Notes: generated by a model not told the origin, from the sequence alone. A stretch of 64,000 nucleotides of DNA from a bacterium (GCA_965218795.1 OZ244653.1:2048001-2112000), one strand, 5' to 3'. Positions 9,186 to 19,651 are shown, numbered from the stretch's first letter. Made by a program: numbers and translations.

Positions 9186-10190
9186 CTATGGAGTCACAGA
9201 CGAGGGAAGGCCTTCGGTGCAGACCGCGCAGGTATTCAGGCTGCTCCTACCCTTCATGAGGGCCTGCCGGAATCTCATGTACCGGTCGCCGTTCCATATT
9301 TGCCGGAAGCTGTTTTCCTGCAAGCTGCCGAGGACATATTGGCCGCGATCATCGTAACAACACGCGATCACCGAGCCATCCTGATTGATGACGGAATGCC
9401 GCCAGGGCCGCTTGCAGTCCAGCTTGTCGATATGCTCCGAGATATTCAGGACCGCCTCCGCGCTCGGATATCTCGTATAGCGGGAATCTTCGGGCAGATA
9501 CTTCCGGATGAGTTCATCCGCGTTGGGGTCGTTCGCGTTGATTCCCACGGTCTTCAGGCGGAAAAGGTCCACCCGCATCATCTTGGCGAGTTCCCTCGCT
9601 TCCTTGATCTCGTGGATGTTGTGCTTCATGGCAATGAACTGGAACTCGACCACCGGGGTCTTGGAACCGACCGAATCCCGATACTCGATGACCCGCTGAA
9701 CGTCTTCGACAATCCGGTCGAGCTTCGCCCCGATTCGAAATTCGGCCAGACTCTTTTGCGTCGCGCCGTCCATCGATACGATCATGAAATCCAGACCGGA
9801 TTCCATCACTTTTTCCGGGGCGTCGGGTTCTCGAAAATAATGCCCGTTGGTGCTTGTCAGGACTTTAATGTGCCGGTCCTTGGCGTAGCGAATCATCCGG
9901 TAGACATCTTTATGCATGAAAGGCTCGCCCAAATTCCACAATCGGATCTTGGAGGTCGTCGGCCAGATCTCATCGATGATTTTCTTGTAGAGTTCAAAGT
10001 CCATCAGCGCGCCCGGCCGGTTCAGCGTTCCGGCTCCGGTCGGGCAAGTGGGGCAGCCCAGATTGCAGACACTCGCCGGCTCGATCATCAAGTCGTCCGG
10101 AAGTCCCCAAACCCGGGTTTTGCCCATCAGGAAGGACAACTCGAAGAGGGCCTTGTTCGCAAGACGCCTCAGCCAATACCACCACTTCAT
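9186..10190 (-). CDS. Radical SAM protein with SPASM/Twitch domain
   Basis: CNLGCPTC, NLGEPF, C-terminal CKRPW..GSVIACC..CAVC. Confidence 0.9.
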   Translation of the reverse strand: MKWWYWLRRLANKALFELSFLMGKTRVWGLPDDLMIEPASVCNLGCPTCPTGAGTLNRPGALMDFELYKKIIDEIWPTTSKIRLWNLGEPFMHKDVYRMIRYAKDRHIKVLTSTNGHYFREPDAPEKVMESGLDFMIVSMDGATQKSLAEFRIGAKLDRIVEDVQRVIEYRDSVGSKTPVVEFQFIAMKHNIHEIKEARELAKMMRVDLFRLKTVGINANDPNADELIRKYLPEDSRYTRYPSAEAVLNISEHIDKLDCKRPWRHSVINQDGSVIACCYDDRGQYVLGSLQENSFRQIWNGDRYMRFRQALMKGRSSLNTCAVCTEGLPSSVTP

Positions 10191-10330
10191 TGAGCGCCTC
10201 TCTTGAAAACGCGGAGTTATCGCTTGAATGGAAATACGGCGCGTTGCCTCGCGCCTTGACGCCCTCTTTCGCTGCGCCTTCCCTGCATACTCTAATTTCG
10301 CGGCTTGCTCCTGTCAATCATTATGCCGCA

Positions 10331-10356
10331 TGGATTCCCGCTATAGCGGGAATCCA
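10331..10356. repeat. REP-like perfect palindrome
   Basis: TGGATTCCCGC-TATA-GCGGGAATCCA. Confidence 0.8.
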
Positions 10357-10381
10357 GATGGCTGCGATGGCGCGGAGCCAG

Positions 10382-10430
10382 GCAAAAAAGAAGCCGGAGC
10401 GGCTTTTCGGCCGCTCCGGCTTCTTTTTGC
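10382..10430 (-). terminator. Rho-independent (bidirectional) terminator of the porin gene
   Basis: GCAAAAAAGAAGCCGGAGCGGC-TTTTCG-GCCGCTCCGGCTTCTTTTTGC. Confidence 0.9.
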
Positions 10431-10472
10431 TTCTTGCTTCTTAATATTGACTCCGACCTGCTCAGCGGCGTC

Positions 10473-11840
10473 TTAGAAGAACCACTGAAGCCTCCAAACC
10501 GCCAGCCAGGAATCGTCGTTCTTCTCGGAGCCATCCGCAGGCTCCCCATACTCGCCCGCGGACAGGTAGCCAAAATTGCCGTGCAGCGCTATGCCCTTGT
10601 AGATCGACCATACCGCTCCCACGTCGATCTCCGTCCCGATGAACTTGTCGGAGACGCGATCGGCGCGCAAATCGGCTTCCGCCGAGGAGATGAAGCCCAC
10701 CGTGCCGTGGAGCTTCAGGGCCTTGGTGAGGACGTACGCCGCGTCGACCGAGATCGTGCTGGTCCCGTTGCCGGAAGAGCCGCCGGCCCCGCCGATGTTC
10801 CGGCCCAAGCCCCCGACCGTGACGCCGCCGGCGGCGAGGTCCGCGCTACCGCCGCCGGACACGTTGCTGGTGTCCGCGTACTTTTCGCCGAACCACAGGT
10901 TCGTCGGACCCTGGGTGCGGGTCTTACCAGGCACCCCGAAGAACAAGCTGATCTCATCGTCACCGGCGTCGTTGTCGCCCGAAGCGTTCACGTAGTTCAC
11001 GGACGCCGTGAGCGGACCCCAGGAACCGCCGACCTCGACCCATATCAGATGCGCGCGGACGTCCGTGTTATTGTACTCGCCCGTCTGGTAGATGAAGTCG
11101 AGCTTCCCGAAGAAGTTCCCCTGCCGCGTTGAGATCTGGACCGCCGGCCAGGTCAGTTCCCGAGTCATATCAGAAGACTCATCCCTCAGGACAGAGAGGT
11201 AAGGCATCACCCGGATGCCCTTCATCATCGAGAAGGGCAGCTTGAGGACGTAGAGATCGCTGTCGTCGCTATGCGCCAGTTCGTTCTCTAGCAGCTTCCA
11301 GGCCTCAAAGCGGGGCTTCAGGCCCATCATCCCGGGCACGCTTCCCCAGACCTGAATGGAGTAATCGCGCAATTGCGGAACCATCCCTATTTGACCCCGG
11401 GGGGAGAACCCGTTGTCACGGCCCCCCCTCACGAACCAGCCGGGCATGCCGGGCACCTGAATCTGCAGGTTGTAGACCGTCGCGTTCACGGTTTCCGGCG
11501 TCCTGAAGCCATTGCCCGCCGCGGGGCCACAACAATACCCACCGCCCCAGTGGGGACTGCCATTTCCGCCGACGGCGTTCCAGACCGGAATGTCCAATTC
11601 GACGAACATCCGGGCCTTGTCCGCCATGGTCGCTGTGAGGCGGGGCCGGAACACCGAGTCGAGCCAAGCTTCGTTATCGTCGTTATCGTCATTCCGGTCC
11701 CGGTTGTCGGTCGCGACTCCCCGGATGCGGTAATAGCCGCCGAACTTGAACTTGACCGCGTCCATCTGCGCCTTTGCTATTGCCACGACACCGAAGAGCA
11801 TGACAAGAGCCACGGCGAGGCCTAAGAGTTTCTTACACAT
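10473..11840 (-). CDS. Outer-membrane beta-barrel porin (alginate-export-like family)
   Basis: Signal peptide, FKFGGYYRIRG start, alternating aromatic strands, IGTEID, C-terminal LQWFF; strong codon bias; GGAGG about 10 nt upstream of MCKK. Confidence 0.8.
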   Translation of the reverse strand: MCKKLLGLAVALVMLFGVVAIAKAQMDAVKFKFGGYYRIRGVATDNRDRNDDNDDNEAWLDSVFRPRLTATMADKARMFVELDIPVWNAVGGNGSPHWGGGYCCGPAAGNGFRTPETVNATVYNLQIQVPGMPGWFVRGGRDNGFSPRGQIGMVPQLRDYSIQVWGSVPGMMGLKPRFEAWKLLENELAHSDDSDLYVLKLPFSMMKGIRVMPYLSVLRDESSDMTRELTWPAVQISTRQGNFFGKLDFIYQTGEYNNTDVRAHLIWVEVGGSWGPLTASVNYVNASGDNDAGDDEISLFFGVPGKTRTQGPTNLWFGEKYADTSNVSGGGSADLAAGGVTVGGLGRNIGGAGGSSGNGTSTISVDAAYVLTKALKLHGTVGFISSAEADLRADRVSDKFIGTEIDVGAVWSIYKGIALHGNFGYLSAGEYGEPADGSEKNDDSWLAVWRLQWFF

Positions 11841-12155
11841 CTCGATCATCCCTCCAGAAGAGGCTCAAGGAAGATTAGCCGCCGTTTCACGCCAACCAAC
11901 GGCAACCATTGCTCATACGCACAAGAACACCCAAAAGCTTGTCGTTCCCTCCCTCCTTTCTCTGTCTCAGCCATTTGACTTCCCCGCTCTATCTAACAGA
12001 TACCGCCTGACCGAATTCGTGACAGTATTGTAACCCCTCTGTAACCATACCGCTGTAACCATACCGCCCGATATTGCACTTGACGAAAAATTTGCGTCTT
12101 GCACTTGCGCGATGACGCAAGGTCTTCTTTCTCCCCGCAAACGAACTATTGGAGA

Positions 12156-12206
12156 ATTCTAACAATCCATTCATGAGGCTGTCAAGCCATTCATAAGGTT
12201 GTCAAG
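12156..12206 (-). promoter_or_regulatory. sigma70 promoter of the porin, with a duplicated 20-bp -35 module
   Basis: TTGACA(12185-12180)-N18-TAGAAT(12161-12156); CCATTCATrAGGyTGTCAAG tandem at 12167-12186 and 12187-12206. Confidence 0.55.
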
Positions 12207-12261
12207 ATGTTTTTTGAGATTTTTTTCTCTTCCAACGGGTGAAGTGCACGGCATTCGTTTC

Positions 12262-12313
12262 TGGATTCCCGCCCCCGGCTCCAGCGCCCGGGGACATGCC
12301 CCGCAGGAATGCC
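12262..12313. repeat. REP-like palindrome with an inserted loop hairpin
   Basis: TGGATTCCCGCC-[CCCGG..CCGGGGACATG]-CCCCGCAGGAATGCC. Confidence 0.6.
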
Positions 12314-12375
12314 GGCTGAAGCATTCGCGGGTCTCGTCCGTCTGTCGATGAAGGCGCCGGCGTCTTTCGGGGGCT

Positions 12376-14337
12376 CTACCCTTTTTTCAAGCGGTAGACA
12401 ACCAAGCGCGTCGTGCCGGCCTTGAGTGACAGGAGCTTGCTTTCCACGACGGCGGCCGCCAGCTCTTCTTCGCCGTCGCCATCCAGGTCCACGAACTGGT
12501 AATCGGCCACGATTCCCCCGACTTGTCTGGACCGCCACTGCTCCGTCAACACGCTCCCGTCCCATGCCAAGGCCGCGATCTCGGCATCGCCCATGCCGAG
12601 GTTCTCGATGTACGCGACCCGCCGCAGATTAACCGGAACCACCAGATCGGGCTTCCTGTCTCCCGTGACATCTCTCAACAGAAGCCGTCCGCGGATGATC
12701 TCGAATTTCGGGTCCGCGTCCGCCCCGTGGATGAGGTTTGGAGTCTCGGGGCGCGTCAGAGCCTGATCGTAGCGAAATCGGGTGGAGTATCCGCCATAGG
12801 TCCGTCGCGTCTCATGGATGACGCTTCCGTCCCCCTTGTAAACGGCGATCCGGCCGAACCTCTTGACTTCGACGATTTCCGAAATTCCGTCTTCATCGAT
12901 GTCCCAGTAATTGAATCCGTAGACGGTGAGACCTCTGGGCAGGGGCAGCGGTTTCTTTTCAACCGGGCCGCCGTTCCTCCATTCGTACTCGTACACCTTT
13001 CCATAAAAAGGGGATTCCAGGCCAAGGGCCTGTCCCGCAAGGATCGGCCTGCCGTCCATGCCCTGAATGACGCGGAAGAAAGAATCCAGACCGCTTTTGA
13101 GAATCCCGTACTTTCCCTTCTCGAACCCCACCACAAAGCTGTTGAGGGCGGGATGCCGATAATTCGTGACGTAAATCTCTGGCCGCCCGTCTCCGTTCAG
13201 ATCGATCGAGTCGACCGTGAGGAACCGGTCGCCCGCGGAGGCCCGATAGGAGAACTCCTCGGCCAGAACACCCTTTTCCCAACGATAAACGTTGAGTTCG
13301 CTGTCGTGGATCAGGACGACTTCCTGCTGTCCGTCCCCGTCAAAATCTCCGGCGGCGAGGCCGCTCGCGACCCAATCCAGTCTTTGGCTTCGCTGAATGC
13401 CCCGGCGCGGCGCTCCCTTGCGAATCCGGAAATTCGGATTCAACGGAGAACCCCGGTCGAGATCACGGTTCGGTCCTTCGTCCAGCCGCAGGCCCCCGCG
13501 CCGCCCTCCTGGACCCGCCGAGGCGACGACGGCCGGCATGGCGCCGACCATGGCGGTGAACGCCCTCCCGGTCTTTCCATTCTCAAGGCTGCCAAGACGC
13601 GACTCGAGAACGCGGCGGTCGCCCAGTTTCCTCAATTCGGTGACGAGGACTCGGTCCGTGCGAACCAGATCGCGCAGGCGGGCCCGATACTTGGGGCTCA
13701 GCACGGATTTCACAGGAATCCGCTTTTCCAGGAGCCAAACCCGAAGTTTGTCGACGTCAAAGACCTCGAACCGTCCCGTTCGCTCCAGGAGGGCCCGATA
13801 GTCCAGCAGGACTTCATCCTGATCGAAGGGCTTCTTCGTATCGTTCACGATTGGAAGCAAAGCCACCCGAATTCGAGCGGCCGTGATGCGGACCCCGTCG
13901 CCGGCCCGAGGGGCCAACGGGCCCTTCGGGGAGAATCGGGCAACGACGAATTTATCCCGAACCTCGGTGATGACGGCGGTTCCGAGGTCTTCTTCGAAGT
14001 GTCCCAGCACTTCCCCCGTGATGGGATGCTTAAAGGCTCCCATCTTCCGGAAGACATTCATTCTTGTTCCCGGCCTGACGCCTGTGTTCCCTTCCAGGGT
14101 GAGATAAAGCTGCTCTCCCCTGACAGAGGCCACCAGGCCATTGACCCGGGGGAATTCCTCCAGAAGCTTTGTGACGATTCGCCGAATGGCCGAACGGTGG
14201 TCCAACCGACTTGTCGGGGCAACGGGATCAAGGACGCTGCGCTGACCCGAGGCGGTACCGGCGACGGCAGTCAGCAAACACCAGGTCAAGCAATGGAAAA
14301 TCCAGATTCTTGCCTTTTTTCCCATCCTGTTTTTCAT
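12376..14337 (-). CDS. Secreted FG-GAP/VCBS repeat (beta-propeller) protein with N-terminal FlgT/CsgG-like region
   Basis: Signal peptide; repeats GDFDGDGQQEV, DLNGDGRPEI, DIDEDGISEI, DVTGDRKPDL, DLDGDGEEEL. Confidence 0.8.
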   Translation of the reverse strand: MKNRMGKKARIWIFHCLTWCLLTAVAGTASGQRSVLDPVAPTSRLDHRSAIRRIVTKLLEEFPRVNGLVASVRGEQLYLTLEGNTGVRPGTRMNVFRKMGAFKHPITGEVLGHFEEDLGTAVITEVRDKFVVARFSPKGPLAPRAGDGVRITAARIRVALLPIVNDTKKPFDQDEVLLDYRALLERTGRFEVFDVDKLRVWLLEKRIPVKSVLSPKYRARLRDLVRTDRVLVTELRKLGDRRVLESRLGSLENGKTGRAFTAMVGAMPAVVASAGPGGRRGGLRLDEGPNRDLDRGSPLNPNFRIRKGAPRRGIQRSQRLDWVASGLAAGDFDGDGQQEVVLIHDSELNVYRWEKGVLAEEFSYRASAGDRFLTVDSIDLNGDGRPEIYVTNYRHPALNSFVVGFEKGKYGILKSGLDSFFRVIQGMDGRPILAGQALGLESPFYGKVYEYEWRNGGPVEKKPLPLPRGLTVYGFNYWDIDEDGISEIVEVKRFGRIAVYKGDGSVIHETRRTYGGYSTRFRYDQALTRPETPNLIHGADADPKFEIIRGRLLLRDVTGDRKPDLVVPVNLRRVAYIENLGMGDAEIAALAWDGSVLTEQWRSRQVGGIVADYQFVDLDGDGEEELAAAVVESKLLSLKAGTTRLVVYRLKKG

Positions 14338-14850
14338 CGAAATGTCCCATGGAATCGCCGGGTTGCGCCGGCTTGTTGAAAAGAATTGCCATAAGGCGGA
14401 ATTCGCAGTCGAAGTTTGCGGTCATCCCCCCATTCTTTGAATGGACAGGTCTTCGGAAAAAGGCTGTCGAGAAAACCTGGACTTCACCTTGAAAGAATAC
14501 TCAAATTGCGATCAGTCCGCAAGAATCAAAGAAAAGCCGGAATCCGGGATGATTCGGCGGCCCGCGCCGGCTCCAGATAAGGCGAGCGCCGGGCGACCCC
14601 GCCGTCCGGAGAGTCATGAACCTGATGTCATGGGCTTGACGGGGCGGTTCAGGAAGGCCGCGCCCCGTGGAGTCAGCAGAAATCTCTTGCAGAGAATCTC
14701 AACGTTCGGTAGTTTGGATCGGTCAGTCCACCCAGACGTTGTCGGTTGAGAAGGAACCATCATGATGCCCCTGGGCCGCGGTGTGTCGGCCCGCCACTTT
14801 ACCTGCGCCCACGGAAGGACCATCCAGGAAAGGTATTAAGGAGAGAAACC

Positions 14851-15861
14851 ATGAAAAGAATATCGGCCTGTCTGAGCATTTCGGGTATGGCTCTTCTGCT
14901 GTTCCTCATGACGTCGGCCGTTGCGAACGTGACCGCGGTCTGGGCCGCAAAGCCGTTGAAGGTCGCGCTGATTCTCCCCGGGAGAATCGACGACGTGTCG
15001 TGGAATCAGGCCATGTACGAAGGGCTGATGAAGGTGAAGAGAGAGATGGGCGACGCGCTGCAGGTGAAGGTCACGGAAGAGGTCTACAACGTCGCCGATA
15101 CGGAACCGGCCTTGCGGGATTTCGCCTCGCTGGGATACGACCTGGTCATCGGTCACGGTTTTCAGTTCCAGGAGACCATGATGAAGGTGGCGCCCCAGTT
15201 TCCCAAGGTCAAGTTCGCCCTGGCCTCGGGGTTCAAACTGAAACCCAACGTCGCCATCTATGACGTCAATCTGCAGGAAGGCGGTTACATCATGGGGATC
15301 CTCGCCGGTCTGCTGACCAAGTCCGACAAGGTCGGCGTATTGGGGGGAGTGGATGTCGCGGAGATCCACCGGGGCCACGCGGGCTTCAAGCACGGCGTCA
15401 AGTCCATCAATCCCTGCATCCAGGTCATGGAGCTTTTTACCGGCGATTGGCGCGACGCGGCGAAGGCCAAAGAAGGGGCCATCTCCATGTACGAATCCGG
15501 CGCGGACATCATCTGGCACAGCGGCGACGGCATCGGACTGGGCGTGGTGGAGGCCGCGAAAGAGAAAAACCGGCTCGTCCTCGGAAACGTCGCCGATCAA
15601 CACAAGCTGGCGCCCGATAACGTGCTCAGTTGCGTCATCTATAAATGGGATTCCGTCATCCGGAATATGGTCCGCGACATCAAATCGGGGAAATACGGCA
15701 ACAACAAATACTGGATCACGTTCGCCAACAAAGGTATCAGCATCTCCCCCTTCCGAAACCTCTCCGGGCGCCTCTCCGCATCGGCGAAGGGCAAGGTGGA
15801 GGAAGCCCTCAGGCAGTTGGCCGCAATGAAGGTGATGTTTCCCAAAGAGAAAAAGAAGTAG
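14851..15861 (+). CDS. BMP/PnrA family nucleoside ABC transporter substrate-binding protein
   Basis: PGRIDDVSWNQA, GYDLVIGHGFQF, GDWRDAAKAKE; RBS AAGGAG upstream of ATG 14851. Confidence 0.9.
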   Translation: MKRISACLSISGMALLLFLMTSAVANVTAVWAAKPLKVALILPGRIDDVSWNQAMYEGLMKVKREMGDALQVKVTEEVYNVADTEPALRDFASLGYDLVIGHGFQFQETMMKVAPQFPKVKFALASGFKLKPNVAIYDVNLQEGGYIMGILAGLLTKSDKVGVLGGVDVAEIHRGHAGFKHGVKSINPCIQVMELFTGDWRDAAKAKEGAISMYESGADIIWHSGDGIGLGVVEAAKEKNRLVLGNVADQHKLAPDNVLSCVIYKWDSVIRNMVRDIKSGKYGNNKYWITFANKGISISPFRNLSGRLSASAKGKVEEALRQLAAMKVMFPKEKKK

Positions 15862-17420
15862 TGATTTCCGATCCCGGAGGGAAACCGCAACCCTCCATCC
15901 GAATGGAGGGCATGACCAAGGTCTTTTCCCATCACGTCGCCGCCAACGACGGGGTCGACTACGCCGCCTTCCCCGGGGAGATTCATGGTCTCCTCGGGGA
16001 AAACGGCGCGGGCAAGACGACCTTGATGAAAATCCTCTACGGTCTCTATCAGCCGGACGAAGGACGCATCTTTATCCGGGGAGAGCCGGAGGTCATTGCT
16101 TCCCCCTTTCGCGCGATTCGATTGGGCATCGGCATGGTTCACCAGCACTTCATGCTGGTGCAACCCCTGCGTGTCGTCGAAAACATCCTTCTCGCCGAAC
16201 AGCGCAATAAGAAATTCATCCTCGACCTCAACGTGGCGGCCGAGCGGGTGAAGGGGATCAGCGAGGAGTATCGCCTGCTGGTGGATCCGTGGGCCCGAAT
16301 CTGGCAGTTGTCGGTCGGCGAGCAGCAGCGCGTCGAGATTCTCAACGCCCTCTACTACGGCGCCGATATCCTGATCCTGGACGAGCCCACTTCGGTTCTC
16401 ACCCCGCAGGAAAGCGACGAACTGGGCCGGGCCCTTCGGTTAATGGCCGATTCGGGGAAAACGGTCATCTTCATCAGCCATAAGCTCGACGAAGTCATCA
16501 AGTTCACCGATCGGGTGACGGTTCTGCGCGACGGGCGGGTGGTTCGAACCCAGCCGACCGGGGAAACGACCAAGGCGGACCTGGCCCGCATGATGGTCGG
16601 TCGGGAGGTCCTGTTCGATTTCCCTAAAACATCCAAGCCGCCCGGAGAACCCGTTTGCCGCGTCCGGGGGCTTGGCGCCATGGGCGACCGGGGACTTCCC
16701 GCGCTGAAGGGAGTCACTTTCGATGTGCATCGCGGGGAGATCCTCGGCATGGCCGGGGTGGACGGAAACGGCCAAAAGGAGCTGACGGAAACCTTGACCG
16801 GCTTGCGACCTTCCACATCGGGGGAAATCCGCATCATGGGAGATGCGGCCGGGCTCAACCGTCCGAAGGATTTCATCAACGCCGGGGTGGCTCATATCCC
16901 GCAGGACCGGCGCAACATGGGCCTCGCCACCGCCCTGCCTCTCTGGCAAAACGCCATCCTGAAAAATTTCGACCGCCCGCCGGTCTCCATAGGCGGGCTT
17001 CTCCGGTTTTCGGCGATCCGGTCATTCCTGGGACGGATCATGGAAGAATTTCGGATCCAGGCGTCCAAGCGCAAGACCGTCCTGGCCCGCCAGCTCTCCG
17101 GAGGAAATCAACAGCGACTGGTCCTGGGCCGCGAATTTTCGATGAATCCGGAGCTTCTCGTCGCCAATCAGCCGACCCAAGGGCTGGATGTCGGCGCCAC
17201 CGAATACGTGCGCGAGAAGCTGCTGGAGCAGAGAAAGCAGGGAATGGCCATCCTCCTGATATCTACGGACCTGGAGGAAATTCTGCAGCTCAGCGATCGG
17301 GTGGCCATCCTCTATGAAGGCGAGATCATGGACATCATTCCGGCGGAAAAGGTGGAGGTGGAGACATTGGGCCTGCTCATGGCAGGGAGCCGCCCGGCGA
17401 AAGTGAATGGAAACGGCTGA
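15861..17420 (+). CDS. Nucleoside/sugar ABC transporter ATP-binding protein (two ABC domains)
   Basis: GENGAGKTT, LSVGEQQRVE, LSGGNQQR; GTG start overlaps the upstream stop. Confidence 0.93.
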   Translation: MISDPGGKPQPSIRMEGMTKVFSHHVAANDGVDYAAFPGEIHGLLGENGAGKTTLMKILYGLYQPDEGRIFIRGEPEVIASPFRAIRLGIGMVHQHFMLVQPLRVVENILLAEQRNKKFILDLNVAAERVKGISEEYRLLVDPWARIWQLSVGEQQRVEILNALYYGADILILDEPTSVLTPQESDELGRALRLMADSGKTVIFISHKLDEVIKFTDRVTVLRDGRVVRTQPTGETTKADLARMMVGREVLFDFPKTSKPPGEPVCRVRGLGAMGDRGLPALKGVTFDVHRGEILGMAGVDGNGQKELTETLTGLRPSTSGEIRIMGDAAGLNRPKDFINAGVAHIPQDRRNMGLATALPLWQNAILKNFDRPPVSIGGLLRFSAIRSFLGRIMEEFRIQASKRKTVLARQLSGGNQQRLVLGREFSMNPELLVANQPTQGLDVGATEYVREKLLEQRKQGMAILLISTDLEEILQLSDRVAILYEGEIMDIIPAEKVEVETLGLLMAGSRPAKVNGNG

Positions 17421-17457
17421 ACCCATCACATGGCCCGCTCGACCTGACGCGAATTGA

Positions 17458-18504
17458 ATGGACGCACTGCGAAACAGCATCACGGCTGTCGCCGGCCTGG
17501 TGACGGCGTTCCTCCTCGGAGCCCTCTTGCTCCACCTGTCGGGACATGACCCGTTGGAGGCTTTCCACGTCCTCTTTTTCGGGGCGTTCGGAAGTATCAA
17601 CCGGATCGGCGAAACGCTTGTCAAGGCGACACCTCTCCTCATGCTCGGGCTTGCCGTATCTGTCGCCTTTCGCTGCCAGATCTGGAACATCGGCGTGGAG
17701 GGTCAGTTTCTCGCGGGCGCTATCGCCTCCATCGGGTTCGGGCTCGCCTTCCCCGATCTTCCCAAGCCGCTCGCCCACGTTCTTCTCCCGCTCGCCGGTT
17801 TTGCGGGGGGGGCGCTTTGGGGGCTCTTGCCCGCCTATCTGAAATCCCGCCTCAATGTGAATGAAGTCATCACAACGCTCATGATGAATTACGTTGCCAT
17901 CTATGCGTTGGCCTATCTTGTGCGAGGCCCCCTGCTCGACCCACAGGGTTTCGGATTTCCCCAGTCGCCCACCATTGCGGAGGCCTATCGTCTGCCCATC
18001 ATTCTCGGCACGACACGCCTGCACGCGGGGTTCCCGGTGGCGCTGGGGTTGATGAGCCTGGGGTTGATCTTCTGGCGAACCACCCTGGGATACCGGTTCG
18101 AGGTGGTGGGGGCCAGCCGGGAGACCGCCCGGTTCGGCGGAATCGCCGTCGACCGGACGCTGATGAGCAATCTTTTGATCAGCGCCGGGGTCGCAGGGCT
18201 TGCGGGATGGAGCGACGCGCTGGGCATCCATCATCGGCTGATTGACGATTTCGCCATCGGCTACGGAAACCTGGGAATCGTTGCCGCCCTGTTGGGCGGA
18301 TTACACCCGGTCGGCGTCGCAGCGGCTTCGATCGTCTTCGCGTCCCTTGTGGTCGGCGGACAGACGATGCAGCGGCTGGCGGGAATTCCCTTCGCCCTGG
18401 TGGATGTCCTGCAGGGGCTGATCATCATCCTGATCATCGGCCGGGTGTCGCTGGCTCATCCTCGCCGACGGAGACGCCGGCGCCGCATGGAGGCCCCTGC
18501 CTGA
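17458..18504 (+). CDS. Nucleoside ABC transporter permease I
   Basis: WNIGVEGQ, VNEVITTLMMNY, RLHAG. Confidence 0.9.
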   Translation: MDALRNSITAVAGLVTAFLLGALLLHLSGHDPLEAFHVLFFGAFGSINRIGETLVKATPLLMLGLAVSVAFRCQIWNIGVEGQFLAGAIASIGFGLAFPDLPKPLAHVLLPLAGFAGGALWGLLPAYLKSRLNVNEVITTLMMNYVAIYALAYLVRGPLLDPQGFGFPQSPTIAEAYRLPIILGTTRLHAGFPVALGLMSLGLIFWRTTLGYRFEVVGASRETARFGGIAVDRTLMSNLLISAGVAGLAGWSDALGIHHRLIDDFAIGYGNLGIVAALLGGLHPVGVAAASIVFASLVVGGQTMQRLAGIPFALVDVLQGLIIILIIGRVSLAHPRRRRRRRRMEAPA

Positions 18505-19445
18505 TGGAGCAGATCCTGACCTCGGCGTTTCTGATCAGCCTGCTGGCGGCGAGCATCCGGATGGCCACTCCGATTCTGCTCACCGCACTGGGGGAGGTCT
18601 ATACGGAGCGCTCCGGAATTCTGAACCTCGGCCTGGAGGGGATGATGCTTCTGGGGGCGTTCGGCGGGTTCTGGGGAGCGCACTCCTCCGGCTCCCTCTG
18701 GATTGGGTTGGCCGTGGCCGCGCTTTCCGGGATGACGGCGGGCTTCCTCTACGGCGTTGTCGTCATCACGCTTCGGGCCAATCAGATTGTCGCCGGACTG
18801 GCGTTCACGATATTCGGGGGCGGTTTGTCCACTTACCTGTTCCGGGCGGTCTATGGGATCCGGAAGTTCCCGCCGCGAGTCACCAAGATCCCGCTCCTGG
18901 ATCTACCGGGCCTGTCCGATATTCCGTTCGTGGGACCCATCCTCTTCCAGCACAATCTGATGGTCTACCTGGCCGTGGCGCTCACGGCCGTTGCCGCTTT
19001 CGTCCTGAACCGGACGTTCTTCGGCTTGAAGGTTCGGGCCGTTGGGGAGTTCCCGCAAGCTGCCGACGCCAAAGGGGTGAACGTGACCGTCACCCGATAC
19101 ATCTGCACGACACTGGGGGGCCTCGGCGCGGGCCTTGGGGGCGCGTTCCTCTCGCTTGCATTTCTTGGAACCTATCTCGACAAGATGACCGCAGGGAGGG
19201 GCTTCATGGCGATCGCGGTGGTCTTGTTCAGCAAATGGAGGCCCTGGGCGGCCTTTGCGGTGGCCCTGCTCTTCGGCGGGACCGACGCTCTCCAGCTCCG
19301 GCTTCAGGGGATGCAGACGCCCGTACCTTATCAGGTGTTCCAGGTGATGCCGTATCTGGTCACCATCGCCGCGATGGTGGGCGTATCGAGGCGGGCGGAG
19401 TTCCCGGCGGCCTTCACCCTCCCTTACAGGCGGGAGGAGGGATGA
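18504..19445 (+). CDS. Nucleoside ABC transporter permease II
   Basis: ERSGILNLGLEGMM, RAVGE.PQAAD..GVNV, GRGFMAIA. Confidence 0.9.
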   Translation: MEQILTSAFLISLLAASIRMATPILLTALGEVYTERSGILNLGLEGMMLLGAFGGFWGAHSSGSLWIGLAVAALSGMTAGFLYGVVVITLRANQIVAGLAFTIFGGGLSTYLFRAVYGIRKFPPRVTKIPLLDLPGLSDIPFVGPILFQHNLMVYLAVALTAVAAFVLNRTFFGLKVRAVGEFPQAADAKGVNVTVTRYICTTLGGLGAGLGGAFLSLAFLGTYLDKMTAGRGFMAIAVVLFSKWRPWAAFAVALLFGGTDALQLRLQGMQTPVPYQVFQVMPYLVTIAAMVGVSRRAEFPAAFTLPYRREEG

Positions 19446-19651
19446 AGCCCGGGGGCTCTCTATCCTGAATCCCCCTGTGGAGCCAAGGCCTTCGACTATG
19501 GGGGTGAGAGGGATCGGGGATCTGTGCAAGGAGACGAGAAATGAAGAAGGGAGCAGCGGTCTTCATCGCAGGGGGGGCATGATCGGAGGAACAATCGAGA
19601 TGCCGCGCACGCAATTGCTCCTTCCGCTCCGGGCAGGCCGGGCCCTTTTGG

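Noticed and set aside
9186-10470. RiPP cluster around the radical SAM/SPASM gene
   Set aside because: No credible precursor peptide, RRE/PqqD domain, protease or transporter nearby
12523-14379. Long antisense ORFs (12523-14379 +, 31985-33253 -, 54643-55983 -, 57321-58775 -, 517-1623 - and similar)
   Set aside because: Shadow frames opposite well-supported genes, expected in high-GC DNA; no recognisable motifs
14340-14850. Purine or other riboswitch upstream of the nucleoside ABC operon
   Set aside because: Long intergenic region, but no riboswitch consensus recognisable by eye; an Rfam scan would be needed
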